Below, piece by piece: positions 30,075 to 40,323 of a stretch of DNA of 64,000 bases. The stretch is from positions 271,044 to 335,043 of the forward strand of contig JACJZJ010000004.1 in NCBI GenBank assembly GCA_020635675.1, given 5' to 3'. Under the pieces are notes generated by a model. That model saw only the letters and a program-made list of their open reading frames with translations, searched no databases and had not been told where the DNA came from. Numbering within the stretch: position 1 is the first letter of the stretch; every line of letters begins with the position of its first letter. A program made the translations under genes and the position numbers. This stretch comes from Flavobacteriales bacterium. GTDB lineage: Bacteria > Bacteroidota > Bacteroidia > Flavobacteriales_F > PHOS-HE28.

Positions 30075-30096
30075 GGCGCTCGACCAACAGAAGCAA

Positions 30097-30127
30097 GGAC
30101 CCCCGCAAGTCGGGGGTCTTCTGCTTT
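30097..30127. terminator. bidirectional rho-independent terminator (GGACCCCCG-CAAGT-CGGGGGTC + TTCTGCTTTC) shared by the H1-like gene and convergent pdxH
   Basis: 8-9 bp GC stem with a T-rich 3' side. Confidence 0.75.
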
Positions 30128-30140
30128 CAGACCCTTTCCT

Positions 30141-30788
30141 TCAAGGTTGAAGTCTCGCCCGCGACCATGAACCGTCATCGAAGTGTTCGAACACGATGCG
30201 GTCGTGCATGCGGTTGGCACGTCCCTGCCAGAACTCGATGCGCACGGGGCGCACGCGAATGCCCCCCCAATGCAATGGACGAGGCACGTCCTCCTCACCG
30301 GCGAAGCGTTCGGTCCAACGCGCGAACCGTGCATCCAGTTCCGCACGTCCCTCCACCACGCGACTCTGATCGCTCGACCACGCACCGATGCGACTTTCCC
30401 TTGGCCGCTCACGGAAGTATGCGTCCGATTCCTGCGCCGTGGTCCGCTCTGCCCGCCCCTCGATGCGCACCTGTCTCTCATGATCAGGCCAGAAGAACGT
30501 GAGCGCCGTGCGGGGGTCACGCTCGATGTCCATGGCCTTCCTGCTGTTGTAGTTCGTGTAGAACACCAATCCGTTCATGTCGAACGAACGCAAGAGGACC
30601 ACTCTCGTGCTCAAACTGTAGCTGCCCACCGTCGCGAGCACCATTGCATGCGGTTCGGGCAGACCATCGTCCTCGGCATTCTTCAGCCATTCGGCGAACA
30701 AGGCCAACGGATCACTCCCGGCCCTTTCCTCCAGCAGTGTCTCCTTGGTGTAATCAATGCGTTGACGGACCTCCCTGTGCGTTCCCAT
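30141..30788 (-). CDS. pdxH: pyridoxamine 5'-phosphate oxidase
   Basis: LATVG..G.P..R.VLL, FFWP and GWSSDQS motifs with a WQGR...R.HDR.F C-terminus. The start is the internal ATG MGTHREV. Confidence 0.88.
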   Translation of the reverse strand: MGTHREVRQRIDYTKETLLEERAGSDPLALFAEWLKNAEDDGLPEPHAMVLATVGSYSLSTRVVLLRSFDMNGLVFYTNYNSRKAMDIERDPRTALTFFWPDHERQVRIEGRAERTTAQESDAYFRERPRESRIGAWSSDQSRVVEGRAELDARFARWTERFAGEEDVPRPLHWGGIRVRPVRIEFWQGRANRMHDRIVFEHFDDGSWSRARLQP

Positions 30789-30913
30789 CGTATGGACCAC
30801 TTTGGATCGGCAACGAAGATATCCGATGCCTGCGCAAGCATCGTAGCGCACCGGCGTTCATTGTACCAAAGGGTGCCGTGCACTAATTTGTCCCATCGCG
30901 ATCCGTACCCGAC

Positions 30914-31501
30914 ATGTCACACGATCCGCTCGACCTTGATCCCGATAATCGGCTTCCACCGAAACGCGGACGATTACTGGTCTCGGAACCGTTCCTGAGC
31001 GATCCCTATTTCCGAAGGACGGTCGTATTGCTGTGCGAGCACAACGACGAGGGATCGTTCGGTCTGGTCCTGAACCGCTTTCTGGATATCGAGATCGGCG
31101 ACCTGATGGAGGACATGCCGCCCATTCGATCACGCGTCAGCATCGGCGGTCCCGTACAGAGCGGGAACCTCTATTACCTGCACACTTTCGGACGACGGGT
31201 GGAAGGAAGCGTTCCGGTGGTGGATGGCGTACACATGGGCGGTGATATCGAGCAGTTGCGCGCGATCCTGAAAGCCGATCCGAAGCTGGCCCGCCACGTC
31301 CGTTTCTTCGTGGGCTACAGCGGATGGAGCGAGGAACAACTCGCCCGGGAACTGGAGGAGCGTTCATGGTTGATCGGACCCGCGAACAAACGCCGGATCA
31401 TGCGCACGGAGATCGAGGACATCTGGGGAGAGACCCTTCGCAGCATGGGCCGTACGTTCGCTCCTTTGGCCAATTTCCCGGAGGATCCTTCGCTCAACTG
31501 A
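30914..31501 (+). CDS. YqgE/AlgH family protein (UPF0301)
   Basis: LLVSEPFLSDPYFRRTVVLLCEHNDEGSFGLVLNR is the family signature. Confidence 0.85.
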   Translation: MSHDPLDLDPDNRLPPKRGRLLVSEPFLSDPYFRRTVVLLCEHNDEGSFGLVLNRFLDIEIGDLMEDMPPIRSRVSIGGPVQSGNLYYLHTFGRRVEGSVPVVDGVHMGGDIEQLRAILKADPKLARHVRFFVGYSGWSEEQLARELEERSWLIGPANKRRIMRTEIEDIWGETLRSMGRTFAPLANFPEDPSLN

Positions 31502-32336
31502 GCACCTTGCCGACAAGGATCGACGTCAGTTGCTGCGAAAGTCGATGCGCATAGCGCTTGGTGCGGTACATGCCCACCCATTGCAGGCCGCGCACCGCAT
31601 TGGTGAAGAAAAGTTCATCCGCGGCGAGAAGGTTCTGTGGGTTCAGCGAGCACTCATAGACCTTGATCCCGTTGTCGAGGGCGAGATTGATCAATTGCAT
31701 CCGCATCACCCCTCCCAGGCAGCCATCGGAAAGTGACGGTGTATAGAGCACCCCGTTGCTCACAATGAAAAGATTGCCGCTGCTGCTCTCGATGATGTTA
31801 CCGCGGTCGTTCTGAAGAAGACAGTCGTCAAGACCACGCTCGGTGCTCCATAGCGCCGCCATGATGTAGTACTGACAGTTCAACGTCTTGTGCACTGCGA
31901 GCGCGTTCACCGGCTTGCGCATCTCGGGATAGATGTCGACCGTCAGACCACGCTCGTTCAACTGGTACACCGGATTCTCCAGGGGCGTCAGTTCAAGGGT
32001 GTAGCCACCCTTGTGGCCTTCGGGGCGATAGTGTCCGCCCGCGTCCCTGAACACGGTCAGCCGCGCACGCGCGGAACTGATACCATTGCGCTCGACCAGG
32101 TCGACCACTGCAGCATGCAAGGCATCGAGACCGAGACTCTCGGGGATCTCGATCCGCAGCAGCTTGCAACCCTCCATCAATCTCGCCCAATGCGCGTCCA
32201 GGAAACACGGCCGCCCGTCGACGACACGGATGCTCTCGAACAAACCATCACCATAGTGGAATGCGCGATTGTCCAGGGTGATCACCGGGCGGTCCGCAGG
32301 GACCGGACGACCGTTCAGGTATACGTAGTTCTCCAT
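31494..32336 (-). CDS. aminotransferase class IV (aminodeoxychorismate lyase PabC-like)
   Basis: FHYGDGLFES and the fold-type IV PLP core at 280 aa. Confidence 0.75.
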   Translation of the reverse strand: MENYVYLNGRPVPADRPVITLDNRAFHYGDGLFESIRVVDGRPCFLDAHWARLMEGCKLLRIEIPESLGLDALHAAVVDLVERNGISSARARLTVFRDAGGHYRPEGHKGGYTLELTPLENPVYQLNERGLTVDIYPEMRKPVNALAVHKTLNCQYYIMAALWSTERGLDDCLLQNDRGNIIESSSGNLFIVSNGVLYTPSLSDGCLGGVMRMQLINLALDNGIKVYECSLNPQNLLAADELFFTNAVRGLQWVGMYRTKRYAHRLSQQLTSILVGKVLS

Positions 32337-32340
32337 CCGA

Positions 32341-32835
32341 TCAGGTCCATCCGAGTGCTCGCAGCACCGGCATCAAGGGTTCATTGGCCATCACAAGCAC
32401 CCCCTTCACTCCCACCGCCTCGGCCGCCTGCACGTCGCGCTCCCTGTCACCGATCATCACCGATCCCTCCGTTCGGATCTCGTACCGCGCCATCGCCTTC
32501 TCGAGGAGAAGGCTTCCTGGTTTTCGACACAGGCAACGCCCTTTCGAAGGATGATGCGGACAATAGAAGAACGCGTCGATGCGGGCGCCCGCCTTCGCCA
32601 GCAGATCGTGAAGATAGACATGCACCCGTTCCACATCGGCCTTGGTGTACAGCCCGAGCTGCACGCCGCTCTGGTTGCTGACGACGATGATCCGCGACCC
32701 ATGCCGCATGCCGGCACGCACGGCCTCCGCCACATCGGGTAACAGTTCGACATCCTCCAACCTCCACGTATGTCGGCCTCTCTCGCGGTTCATCACGCCA
32801 TCGCGATCAAGGAACAATGCCGACCGCCGGCTCAT
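32341..32835 (-). CDS. HAD-IIIA phosphatase, D,D-heptose 1,7-bisphosphate phosphatase (GmhB)-like
   Basis: LFLDRDGV, VVSNQSG, a Zn-binding CxH...C..C block and GDRERD. The start is the internal ATG MSRRSALF, which overlaps the rhomboid stop (ATGA). Confidence 0.75.
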   Translation of the reverse strand: MSRRSALFLDRDGVMNRERGRHTWRLEDVELLPDVAEAVRAGMRHGSRIIVVSNQSGVQLGLYTKADVERVHVYLHDLLAKAGARIDAFFYCPHHPSKGRCLCRKPGSLLLEKAMARYEIRTEGSVMIGDRERDVQAAEAVGVKGVLVMANEPLMPVLRALGWT

Positions 32836-33452
32836 ATTCCCAGCAGGTTCTCGAACCGCCCGAAATGGAGCAGCAGATCGGGCTGGAGCAACGCGGTGAA
32901 CAACACACCGTACACCGCACCGAAGAAATGTGCGTCGTGCGCAACGCCATCCCCACCCCGGCGGTCCATGTACCATTCGTAACCGAGGTACAAGGCGCCG
33001 AACAGGACCGATGGGATCGGAACAGGAAGCAGGAACAGGTAGATCGGCCGGGTGGGCATCATAAGGATGTGCGCGAACAGGATTGCGGACACGGCACCGG
33101 AAGCGCCGACGGACCTGTAGTTCGGATCACGCATGTGCCGCAAATAGCCAGGAACGGAGGCCACGATCATGGCCGAGAAATAAAGGGTGAGGTAGACCGC
33201 CGTGGGTGGCAGGCCGCTGATCGACCCGAACAGGACCTCCACCGAGCGACCGAAGGCATAGAGCACGAACATGTTCACGAAAAGGTGCGGCCAGTTGGCG
33301 TGTACGAACGCGTGGGTGACGAACCGGAAATACTCCTTCCGCGCCCGGATCACGAACGGCTCGAAGAGAAGAAGCGTAAAGATCCGTGCATCATTGAACG
33401 CCCATACCGACACCACGGCCGTGATGAGGATGATACCGAGCGTGGCGGACAT
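32832..33452 (-). CDS. rhomboid-family intramembrane serine protease
   Basis: Six TM helices. GASGAVSAILFAHIL carries the Ser of the catalytic dyad, and there is a downstream His (AHDAHFFGA). Confidence 0.85.
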   Translation of the reverse strand: MSATLGIILITAVVSVWAFNDARIFTLLLFEPFVIRARKEYFRFVTHAFVHANWPHLFVNMFVLYAFGRSVEVLFGSISGLPPTAVYLTLYFSAMIVASVPGYLRHMRDPNYRSVGASGAVSAILFAHILMMPTRPIYLFLLPVPIPSVLFGALYLGYEWYMDRRGGDGVAHDAHFFGAVYGVLFTALLQPDLLLHFGRFENLLGI

Positions 33453-33474
33453 CGCGCCGAAGATAGGCGCGGCC

Positions 33475-33897
33475 TCAATAGGTATGGTCGCGGGCGATCC
33501 GCCACCCTTCGGCGGTGCGCACCCAGAGCAAGGTGAACCCTCCGGAAAGGGTATCCTCGGCCCGCGTCAGGCGCCAGGTGCCGGTGCACCACGCGCGGCC
33601 ATCCGTCATCGGAAGGACCTCACCGATCACGAACGTAAGATCACCCATGGTCGCCTTGTCCGGGTATGACCGTTGGTAGGAAGCCTGCACGGCCTCCCTT
33701 CCACAGGTGGTCCCACGCGAACTGATGAAGCAGGCCGTGTCGGAATAGCCGGCCATGAATCCCGGAATATCACCCCGGTCCCAGGCCGCTTCCTGCGCGT
33801 TCATGACGTCGCGGATCGCTTGAACGGATCCGGATCCGGGGACGCTGCAGGTCGTCGCACCGAGGAGGATGATCGAAAGGAGGACCGGGTGTCGCAT
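33475..33897 (-). CDS. SnoaL-like/DUF4440 (NTF2-fold) secreted protein
   Basis: Signal peptide. AAWDRGDIPGFMAGYSDTACFISSRG...GEVLPMTDGRAWCTGTW is typical of YybH/DUF4440. Confidence 0.65.
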   Translation of the reverse strand: MRHPVLLSIILLGATTCSVPGSGSVQAIRDVMNAQEAAWDRGDIPGFMAGYSDTACFISSRGTTCGREAVQASYQRSYPDKATMGDLTFVIGEVLPMTDGRAWCTGTWRLTRAEDTLSGGFTLLWVRTAEGWRIARDHTY

Positions 33898-33958
33898 TCA
33901 GGACGTCCCATCCCCTCCCTGCATGGCATGAGGAATGATGGCAGGAAGGCCAGGGAAG

Positions 33959-34032
33959 TAGCGCGGGAGAGACTTGAACTCTCGACCTCATGATTATGAA
34001 TCATGCGCTCTGACCAGCTGAGCTACCGCGCC
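33959..34032 (-). tRNA. tRNA-Met (anticodon CAT; elongator type, or possibly tRNA-Ile2 lysidine type)
   Basis: Hand-folded cloverleaf: GGCGCGG TA GCTC AGCTGGTCA GAGC G CATGA TTCATAA TCATG AGGTC GAGAG TTCAAGT CTCTC CCGCGCT A. Pair 1-72 is G-U. No CCA is encoded. The anticodon stem lacks the three G-C pairs of an initiator. Confidence 0.8.
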
Positions 34033-34140
34033 ATGTCGCGACCGTCGTCGCGAACGGGCGGCAAATATAGGGAGCGGCCTCCAGCGTCCGTGTGGTCCTC
34101 AGCCTTGTCGCTGTGGTCGAATTCTCTACCTTTCCCCGAC

Positions 34141-35181
34141 ATGGCATCCAAAGCGAGACCGAAGGCCCGGAAGGGCGGCACCACCCGATCCGCGGACAGG
34201 CGCGCGAGCGCCACCCGAGGCGGTGGAAAGGCCCCGAAGGCCCGATCGACGCCCAAAAAAGCGGACAAGGGGAAGAAGGGATCCACCATGAAGGCCAAGG
34301 CAGTGAGGTCAGGAACGGCAGGGAAGGTCAAGAGCAGCAGTTCCTCCGCCAAGACCAAGCGGCCCGGTACGCGGGGATCGGCCGGCAAGGGTCGACCGGC
34401 CCAGGATCGCTCCCCCAGGACGACCAACGCCAGGAAAAAGACCGCCTCCCGGCCTACGAACAGGAAGAAGGCGACAGCGAAGAAGACATCCGCAAACAAG
34501 TCGGTAGCCAAAAATACCACGCCGAAGAAGAGCACACCGAAGAAGGCCTTGGTCAAAGCACCGACCAAGGGAAGAACGACGCCTCCATCATCCTCCGACA
34601 GGTCGAAGGAGCGGCCCAAGCAGCCGTCAGCCGCCGCCCGACAGCGGTCCGGAAAGGGTGCCAAAGGAAAGGACGCCCGGACGGGCCGTGAAAGCGTCGA
34701 GAAGCGACCGGCACCCGCGACCGAAGAGCACACAAGTGCGGTGAAGGCCACGATCACCGGATTGCAGCCGCTGAACGCACCACCGCGAAACCTGAAACGG
34801 GCCCTGAAGGAACGCTACCAGATCGAGTTCCAGGTCCGATCGACACCCCATGTGCTCTTTGACCTCATCAGCACACCCAGTGGATTCTCCGAATGGTTCT
34901 GCGACGATGTGAACGTGCGCGGCGACGAGTTCGCCTTCATCTGGAACGGCGAGGAGGAAAAAGCGAACTGCATCGGCCGCAAGCACCAGGAGCTCATCCG
35001 GTTCCAATGGGAGGATGATGAGGACCCGGGCGCCTATTTCGAGCTCCGCATACGCGTAGACCCCATGACCAACGACGTGGCGCTGGTGGTGACCGACCAT
35101 GCCTGGCCCAAGGACCTGGAAAGTGCACGAATGTTGTGGGAAAGCCAGGTGGCCACGCTGTTGCGCGTGATCGGCTCCTGA
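34141..35181 (+). CDS. histone H1-like Lys-rich disordered N-terminus (~220 aa) fused to C-terminal START/SRPBCC-like domain
   Basis: The N-terminus is rich in KARPKARKGG...KKATAKKTSANK. The C-terminal 125 aa (YQIEFQVRSTPHVLFDLI...WFCDDV...VVTDHAWP) looks like a START-like fold. The track ORF start at 34003 overlaps the tRNA, so the real start is the internal ATG. Confidence 0.65.
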   Translation: MASKARPKARKGGTTRSADRRASATRGGGKAPKARSTPKKADKGKKGSTMKAKAVRSGTAGKVKSSSSSAKTKRPGTRGSAGKGRPAQDRSPRTTNARKKTASRPTNRKKATAKKTSANKSVAKNTTPKKSTPKKALVKAPTKGRTTPPSSSDRSKERPKQPSAAARQRSGKGAKGKDARTGRESVEKRPAPATEEHTSAVKATITGLQPLNAPPRNLKRALKERYQIEFQVRSTPHVLFDLISTPSGFSEWFCDDVNVRGDEFAFIWNGEEEKANCIGRKHQELIRFQWEDDEDPGAYFELRIRVDPMTNDVALVVTDHAWPKDLESARMLWESQVATLLRVIGS

Positions 35182-35218
35182 ACACGGACCTACCTTCGCG
35201 CGGCGTTCCCATGATGCG

Positions 35219-36670
35219 ATGAAACGCCTGCACCTCATGATCATCAGGTCCTACCTGGGGCCGTTGGTGATCACGTTCATCATCGTCCTGTTCATCCTGT
35301 CCATGCAATTCCTTTGGAAATACGTGGACGATCTGATGGGCAAGGGCCTGCCCTGGTACACCCTTACACAATTGATGGTCTATGCCACGGCCAGTTTCGT
35401 ACCCCTGGCGCTACCTCTGGCGGTTTTGCTGTCCTCGATCATGACCCTGGGTGGGCTCGGTGAGAACAGCGAGCTCGTTCCCATGCGTTCCGCCGGGCTC
35501 CACCTTTTCCGCATCCTGAGGCCACTGATGCTCGTGAGCCTGTTGTTGGCGGGTTTCAGCCTGTTCTTCAGCAACAACGTACTTCCCGTTGCCAACCTCA
35601 AATTCCAGAGCCTGCTTTGGGATGTCACGCGGAAGAAGCCCGCCATGAACCTCCGACCGAACGTCTTCTACAATGGCATCGACGGGTTCAGCATCCGTGT
35701 CAAGGAGAAGGATGCGGACGATGGTGTGCTGAAGGATGTCCTCATCTACGACCACCGCGCACCCCTGGCGGGGAACCGTACGGTCGTGCACGCCGCCACG
35801 GGCTCTATGAAGAGGTCCACCGATGGGCATTTCCTCCTGCTCACGCTGAACGACGGGCACTTCTACGACGAACGGGACCCGACGGACCCCGACGACCGCG
35901 GCCATGCGCTCGTCCATGGGACCTTTCGCACGGATGTGATCCGCTTGGACCTGACCGGCCTTGGCCTGGACCGCACCGATGAGGAGCTTTTCAAGAGCAA
36001 CTACAAGATGTTGACGCTTGGACAGCTCCAGCACGCCGAGGACAGTTTGCACGCGCATTACGCCGAACGCGTGGCCACACAGGAGCATTATCTGCGGAAC
36101 GCACTGTTCATCACCCGGGACAGTGTCGCCGACCGGCCCGAAGGTCCCTTCGTCGACCGCGGCAGCTACATGCGCGATCTGGGCCGCGATGAGCGCGCCG
36201 GTCTGTACGATCTGGCGATGAACATCGTACGGAACAACATCAACTACATCGACAGGTCCCTGGAGGAGCGGCGCGAGCGACGCGAGCAACTGGCGCGTTT
36301 CCAGGTGGAGTGGCATCGCAAATGGATGCTCGCTTTCGCCTGTGTCATCTTTTTCTTCATCGGTGCACCTTTGGGCGCGATCATCCGGAAAGGTGGCATG
36401 GGCGCACCCACCGTTTTCGCCATCGTTTTCTTCCTTGTCTTCCACATCCTCAGCTTCAGTACCGAGAAGCTGGTGGTTTCTGACAAGTTCCCGGCCTGGC
36501 CCGGCATGTGGATCAGTACCATGGTCCTGCTCCCGGTCGGGCTTTTCCTGACCTGGAAGGCCGCCACCGATAGCCCGCTGCTGGACCGCGATGCGTATTA
36601 TCGCGGCTGGGACCGATTGGTATCCCGTTCCCGTAAACCGCGGCATGCGGATCCTCCAGTTGTGCAATAA
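35219..36670 (+). CDS. LptF/LptG (YjgP/YjgQ) family LPS export permease
   Basis: N-terminal TM triplet with a large periplasmic domain and C-terminal TM helices. The N-terminus MKRLHLMIIRSYLGPLV is typical of the family. Confidence 0.8.
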   Translation: MKRLHLMIIRSYLGPLVITFIIVLFILSMQFLWKYVDDLMGKGLPWYTLTQLMVYATASFVPLALPLAVLLSSIMTLGGLGENSELVPMRSAGLHLFRILRPLMLVSLLLAGFSLFFSNNVLPVANLKFQSLLWDVTRKKPAMNLRPNVFYNGIDGFSIRVKEKDADDGVLKDVLIYDHRAPLAGNRTVVHAATGSMKRSTDGHFLLLTLNDGHFYDERDPTDPDDRGHALVHGTFRTDVIRLDLTGLGLDRTDEELFKSNYKMLTLGQLQHAEDSLHAHYAERVATQEHYLRNALFITRDSVADRPEGPFVDRGSYMRDLGRDERAGLYDLAMNIVRNNINYIDRSLEERRERREQLARFQVEWHRKWMLAFACVIFFFIGAPLGAIIRKGGMGAPTVFAIVFFLVFHILSFSTEKLVVSDKFPAWPGMWISTMVLLPVGLFLTWKAATDSPLLDRDAYYRGWDRLVSRSRKPRHADPPVVQ

Positions 36671-37844
36671 ACCGCCCTTCCCCCCCATCGATGGCGGGAG
36701 CAAGGCGATGTACGAACTGACGCGCGGCCTGATCAAGGCCGGCCACCACGTCAAGGTGATCTGCATCACCACACCGAAGCATGACCTGGACACGCGTGAA
36801 ATGCCGGAGGACCTCGTGGAGAAGAGCGGCATCGAGGGCGTATTCGTCGATACCTCCCTGAACGTGGTCGATGCGTTCGCCGACCTGGTGACGGCGGACA
36901 ACTACAACATCAGCCGCTTCTTCTCCCCGGACATGGACATCCGGTTGATCCGGCTCCTGTCGTCCGAACGATTCGACTTCATCCTGCTCGAAAGTCTGTT
37001 CATGACACCCTACATCGCCACCATCCGGCGCTACAGCCAGGCGAAGGTGGTCCTGCGCTCCCACAATCTGGAGCATGTGATCCAGGAACGGATCGCGAGC
37101 GGGGAACGGAACATCCTGAAAAGACCCTACCGCAGGTTCCTTGCCCGGCAGTTGAAGAACTACGAGATGGAGGTGCTCGACCGTGTGGACGGGGTGGCGG
37201 CGATCAGTCCCTCCGACAGGGACAAGTTCATCGGGCATGGAACACGAACACCGATCGCCAGCATTCCCTTCTGCGTCGATCCCACGGAATACGACACGAC
37301 CCCGGCAAAGGGTCCGCTCACATTCTTCCACCTGGGGAGCATGGATTGGCTTCCGAACGAAGAAGGCGTCCGGTGGCTTCTCCGGTCGGTCTGGCCGCGA
37401 CTGGTCAGGAAACATCCGAACGCCCATCTGCATCTCGCCGGCAATCGCATGCCACGCGATCTGATGGAGCTTCGTTCCGATGGCCTCCAGGTGAAAGGAC
37501 GTGTGAAGAACGCATTGCGTTACATGGCGGATCGCCATGTGATGGTGGTCCCCTTGTTCTCCGCCGGTGGCATGCGCGTCAAGATCATCGAAGGGATGGC
37601 CATGGGGAAATGCGTGATCAGCACGCCGATCGGGGCGGAGGGGATCGAAGCAACGGACGGCAGGAACATCCTACTGGCCCGGAACATGACCGAGTTCGTG
37701 GAACAGATGGGCGCCATCCTTCGCGAACCGGCAATTGCGGATAGGGTCGGCGCGGCGGCCAGGGAACTGATCCGTGAACGCTACGATACCCGGCGAACGA
37801 TCAAGGACCTGCTCGCCTTCCTCCGGAGCCTGCAAAAGGGATGA
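36645..37844 (+). CDS. glycosyltransferase family 4
   Basis: GT4 N-terminus (ILQLCNKPPFPPIDGGS) and the C-terminal E...E motif (EGMAMGKCVISTPIGAEG). Confidence 0.8.
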   Translation: MRILQLCNKPPFPPIDGGSKAMYELTRGLIKAGHHVKVICITTPKHDLDTREMPEDLVEKSGIEGVFVDTSLNVVDAFADLVTADNYNISRFFSPDMDIRLIRLLSSERFDFILLESLFMTPYIATIRRYSQAKVVLRSHNLEHVIQERIASGERNILKRPYRRFLARQLKNYEMEVLDRVDGVAAISPSDRDKFIGHGTRTPIASIPFCVDPTEYDTTPAKGPLTFFHLGSMDWLPNEEGVRWLLRSVWPRLVRKHPNAHLHLAGNRMPRDLMELRSDGLQVKGRVKNALRYMADRHVMVVPLFSAGGMRVKIIEGMAMGKCVISTPIGAEGIEATDGRNILLARNMTEFVEQMGAILREPAIADRVGAAARELIRERYDTRRTIKDLLAFLRSLQKG

Positions 37845-39055
37845 AGCTCTTCGTTCTCCTGTCCCGGGTCCCCTACCCCCTGGAGAAGGGGGACAAGCTG
37901 CGTGCCTACCATTTGATCAAGCACCTGGCCGACAAGCATGAAGTGTACCTCTTCTGCCTGAGCGACCAGCCGATCGAAAGGGAGCACCTGGAACATCTCC
38001 GCGGATTCTGCCATCACCTTCAAGTGGTGCGGCTTGCGCGCTGGCGGATCCTGTTGAAACTGGTCCTGGCCACATTCGGACGCCTACCCTACCAGGTCGC
38101 CTATTTCCACCACCGGCAGGCACAGCGGCGCATCGATGCCGCCCTGGAGGATTTCCGCCCGGATCACATCCTCTGCCAATTGGTACGCACCACCGAGTAT
38201 GTTCGGCATCAATACGGCACGCCCAAGACCCTGGATTACATGGACACCTTGAGCAAGGGCATGGAGCGCAGAGCGGATACGGCCCCCTGGCCCTTCCGTC
38301 CCCTCCTCCATGCAGAGACCCGGCGATTGATCGCCTATGAGAACCTGATGTTCGATCTCTTCGACAACAGGATCATCATCTCCGCTCAGGACCGTGACTT
38401 CATCTATCACCCGAAACGCGCTGAAATGGTGGTCATCCCGAACGGGGTCGATACGGCGTTCTTCCGTCCGATGGACCAGGAACCCGTCCACGACCTGGTG
38501 TTCACCGGGAACATGAACTATCCGCCAAACATCGATAGCGTGCTCTATCTCGTCCAGCGGGTGCTTCCGCTCGTACGCGCCAGGCGCTCGGACACCGACC
38601 TGGTGATCTCGGGTGTGGCACCCGGTGCACGTATCCGGGAACTTGCCGCCAGGGACCCGCATGTGCATGTCACCGGCTGGGTGCGCGACATCCGTGGTTC
38701 GTATGCATCGGCGCGTCTTTTCGTAGCCCCTATGCAGATCGGCACCGGACTCCAGAACAAGTTGCTCGAAGCCATGGCCATGGGCATTCCATGCATCACC
38801 TCGTCCCTCGCGAACAATGCGGTGGGCGCCCCTCCGGGTGAGGCCATCCTGATCGGCAGAGAGCCCGAGGAGTATGCGGAACACATCCTTCGCCTGCTCG
38901 ACGATGGTGAGGAGCGCATGCGCATCGCGCGCAACGGCCACCGGTTCGTTCTCGCCAATTTCGACTGGCAACGCGCCGCGAAGGTCCTCGACCGGGCGAT
39001 CGCTGGTGCCACCCTTCCGGCCGGAACGGAGCAACCACCTGCACAGGTGGGTTAA
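37841..39055 (+). CDS. glycosyltransferase family 4
   Basis: Second GT4 ([18 protein letters not shown]). The ATGA start overlaps the upstream GT4 stop. Confidence 0.8.
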   Translation: MKLFVLLSRVPYPLEKGDKLRAYHLIKHLADKHEVYLFCLSDQPIEREHLEHLRGFCHHLQVVRLARWRILLKLVLATFGRLPYQVAYFHHRQAQRRIDAALEDFRPDHILCQLVRTTEYVRHQYGTPKTLDYMDTLSKGMERRADTAPWPFRPLLHAETRRLIAYENLMFDLFDNRIIISAQDRDFIYHPKRAEMVVIPNGVDTAFFRPMDQEPVHDLVFTGNMNYPPNIDSVLYLVQRVLPLVRARRSDTDLVISGVAPGARIRELAARDPHVHVTGWVRDIRGSYASARLFVAPMQIGTGLQNKLLEAMAMGIPCITSSLANNAVGAPPGEAILIGREPEEYAEHILRLLDDGEERMRIARNGHRFVLANFDWQRAAKVLDRAIAGATLPAGTEQPPAQVG

Positions 39056-39099
39056 CTTTGCGGACGGGGCACAGCACCGCTGCTGGCCCATCCCGGACC

Positions 39100-40323
39100 A
39101 TGGAAGAAGCACTTGACCCCATCGAGGAAGCCATCGCCGACATCCGTGCCGGCAAGGTGGTGATCGTGGTGGACGATGAGGACCGTGAGAACGAGGGGGA
39201 CCTCCTCACCGCCGCCCATAACGCCACACCGGAGGTGATCAACTTCATGGCCAAGCACGGGCGCGGACTGATCTGCACCCCCCTGACCGAGGAACGTTGC
39301 GAAGAATTGGGGTTGGACCTCATGGTGAGCGACAATACCGCCCTGCACAACACCCCGTTCACCGTAAGTGTGGACGTGAAGGGCCGTGGTACCACGACGG
39401 GTATCTCGGCCAGCGACCGCGCCAGGACCATCGAAGCCCTGATCGACCCGACCACCCGCCCCGACGACCTGGCCAGACCCGGGCACATCTTCCCGCTCAA
39501 AGCCAAGAGGGGCGGTGTACTCCGACGCACGGGCCATACCGAGGCAGCGGTGGATCTGGCCCGCCTGGCCGGTCTCGAACCCGCCGGGGTGATCGTGGAG
39601 ATCATGAACGATGATGGAACGATGGCCCGTTTGCCGGAGCTGCGGACAATGGCTGACCGGTTCGGGCTCAAGTTGATCTCCATCGCGGACCTCGTTGCCT
39701 ATCGGATGCGCACGGAAAGGCTGATCGAACGTCAGGTGGAGGTGAAGCTGCCTACCGAGCATGGGGACTTCCAATTGATCGCCTACAGACAGACCACCAC
39801 CGATGAGGAGCACCTCGCGTTGGTGAAGGGGGAATGGGCACCCGATGAACCGGTCCTCGTCCGCGTGCACTCCTCATGCGTGACGGGCGACATCTTCGGC
39901 AGCCATCGCTGCGACTGCGGCCCGCAGTTGCATGCGGCCATGCGCCAGATCGAAGCGGCCGGAAAGGGCGTTCTCGTCTACATGCAGCAGGAGGGCCGGG
40001 GGATCGGCCTTGTGAACAAACTGAGGGCGTACAAGCTGCAGGAGGAGGGCCACGATACCGTGGAGGCCAACCTGATGCTCGGATTCGACATGGATGCCAG
40101 GGACTATGGTGTAGGTGCCCAGATCCTGCACGATCTCGGAGTACGCCGCATGCGCCTGCTCACCAACAACCCACGGAAGCGGACGGGGTTGATCGGCTAC
40201 GGGCTGGAGATCGTGGAGAACCTGCCCATCGAGGTGGAGCCCAATGAACACAATGCGGGCTACCTCCTCACCAAGAAGCTCAAACTCGGCCATCAGCTGA
40301 GCCTGGGACGCAGGGGTCATTGA
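39100..40323 (+). CDS. ribBA: bifunctional 3,4-dihydroxy-2-butanone-4-phosphate synthase / GTP cyclohydrolase II
   Basis: DHBP synthase motif ([13 protein letters not shown]) and GTP cyclohydrolase II Zn site (CDCGPQL). The start is the internal ATG MEEALDP. Confidence 0.92.
   Translation: MEEALDPIEEAIADIRAGKVVIVVDDEDRENEGDLLTAAHNATPEVINFMAKHGRGLICTPLTEERCEELGLDLMVSDNTALHNTPFTVSVDVKGRGTTTGISASDRARTIEALIDPTTRPDDLARPGHIFPLKAKRGGVLRRTGHTEAAVDLARLAGLEPAGVIVEIMNDDGTMARLPELRTMADRFGLKLISIADLVAYRMRTERLIERQVEVKLPTEHGDFQLIAYRQTTTDEEHLALVKGEWAPDEPVLVRVHSSCVTGDIFGSHRCDCGPQLHAAMRQIEAAGKGVLVYMQQEGRGIGLVNKLRAYKLQEEGHDTVEANLMLGFDMDARDYGVGAQILHDLGVRRMRLLTNNPRKRTGLIGYGLEIVENLPIEVEPNEHNAGYLLTKKLKLGHQLSLGRRGH

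Noticed and set aside
35411-37538. 496-aa and 341-aa minus-strand ORFs
   Set aside because: Antisense to the lptF-family and GT4 genes. No motifs.
38084-39870. 342/295/272-aa minus-strand ORFs
   Set aside because: Antisense to the second GT4 gene and ribBA. The plus-strand homologies are unambiguous.
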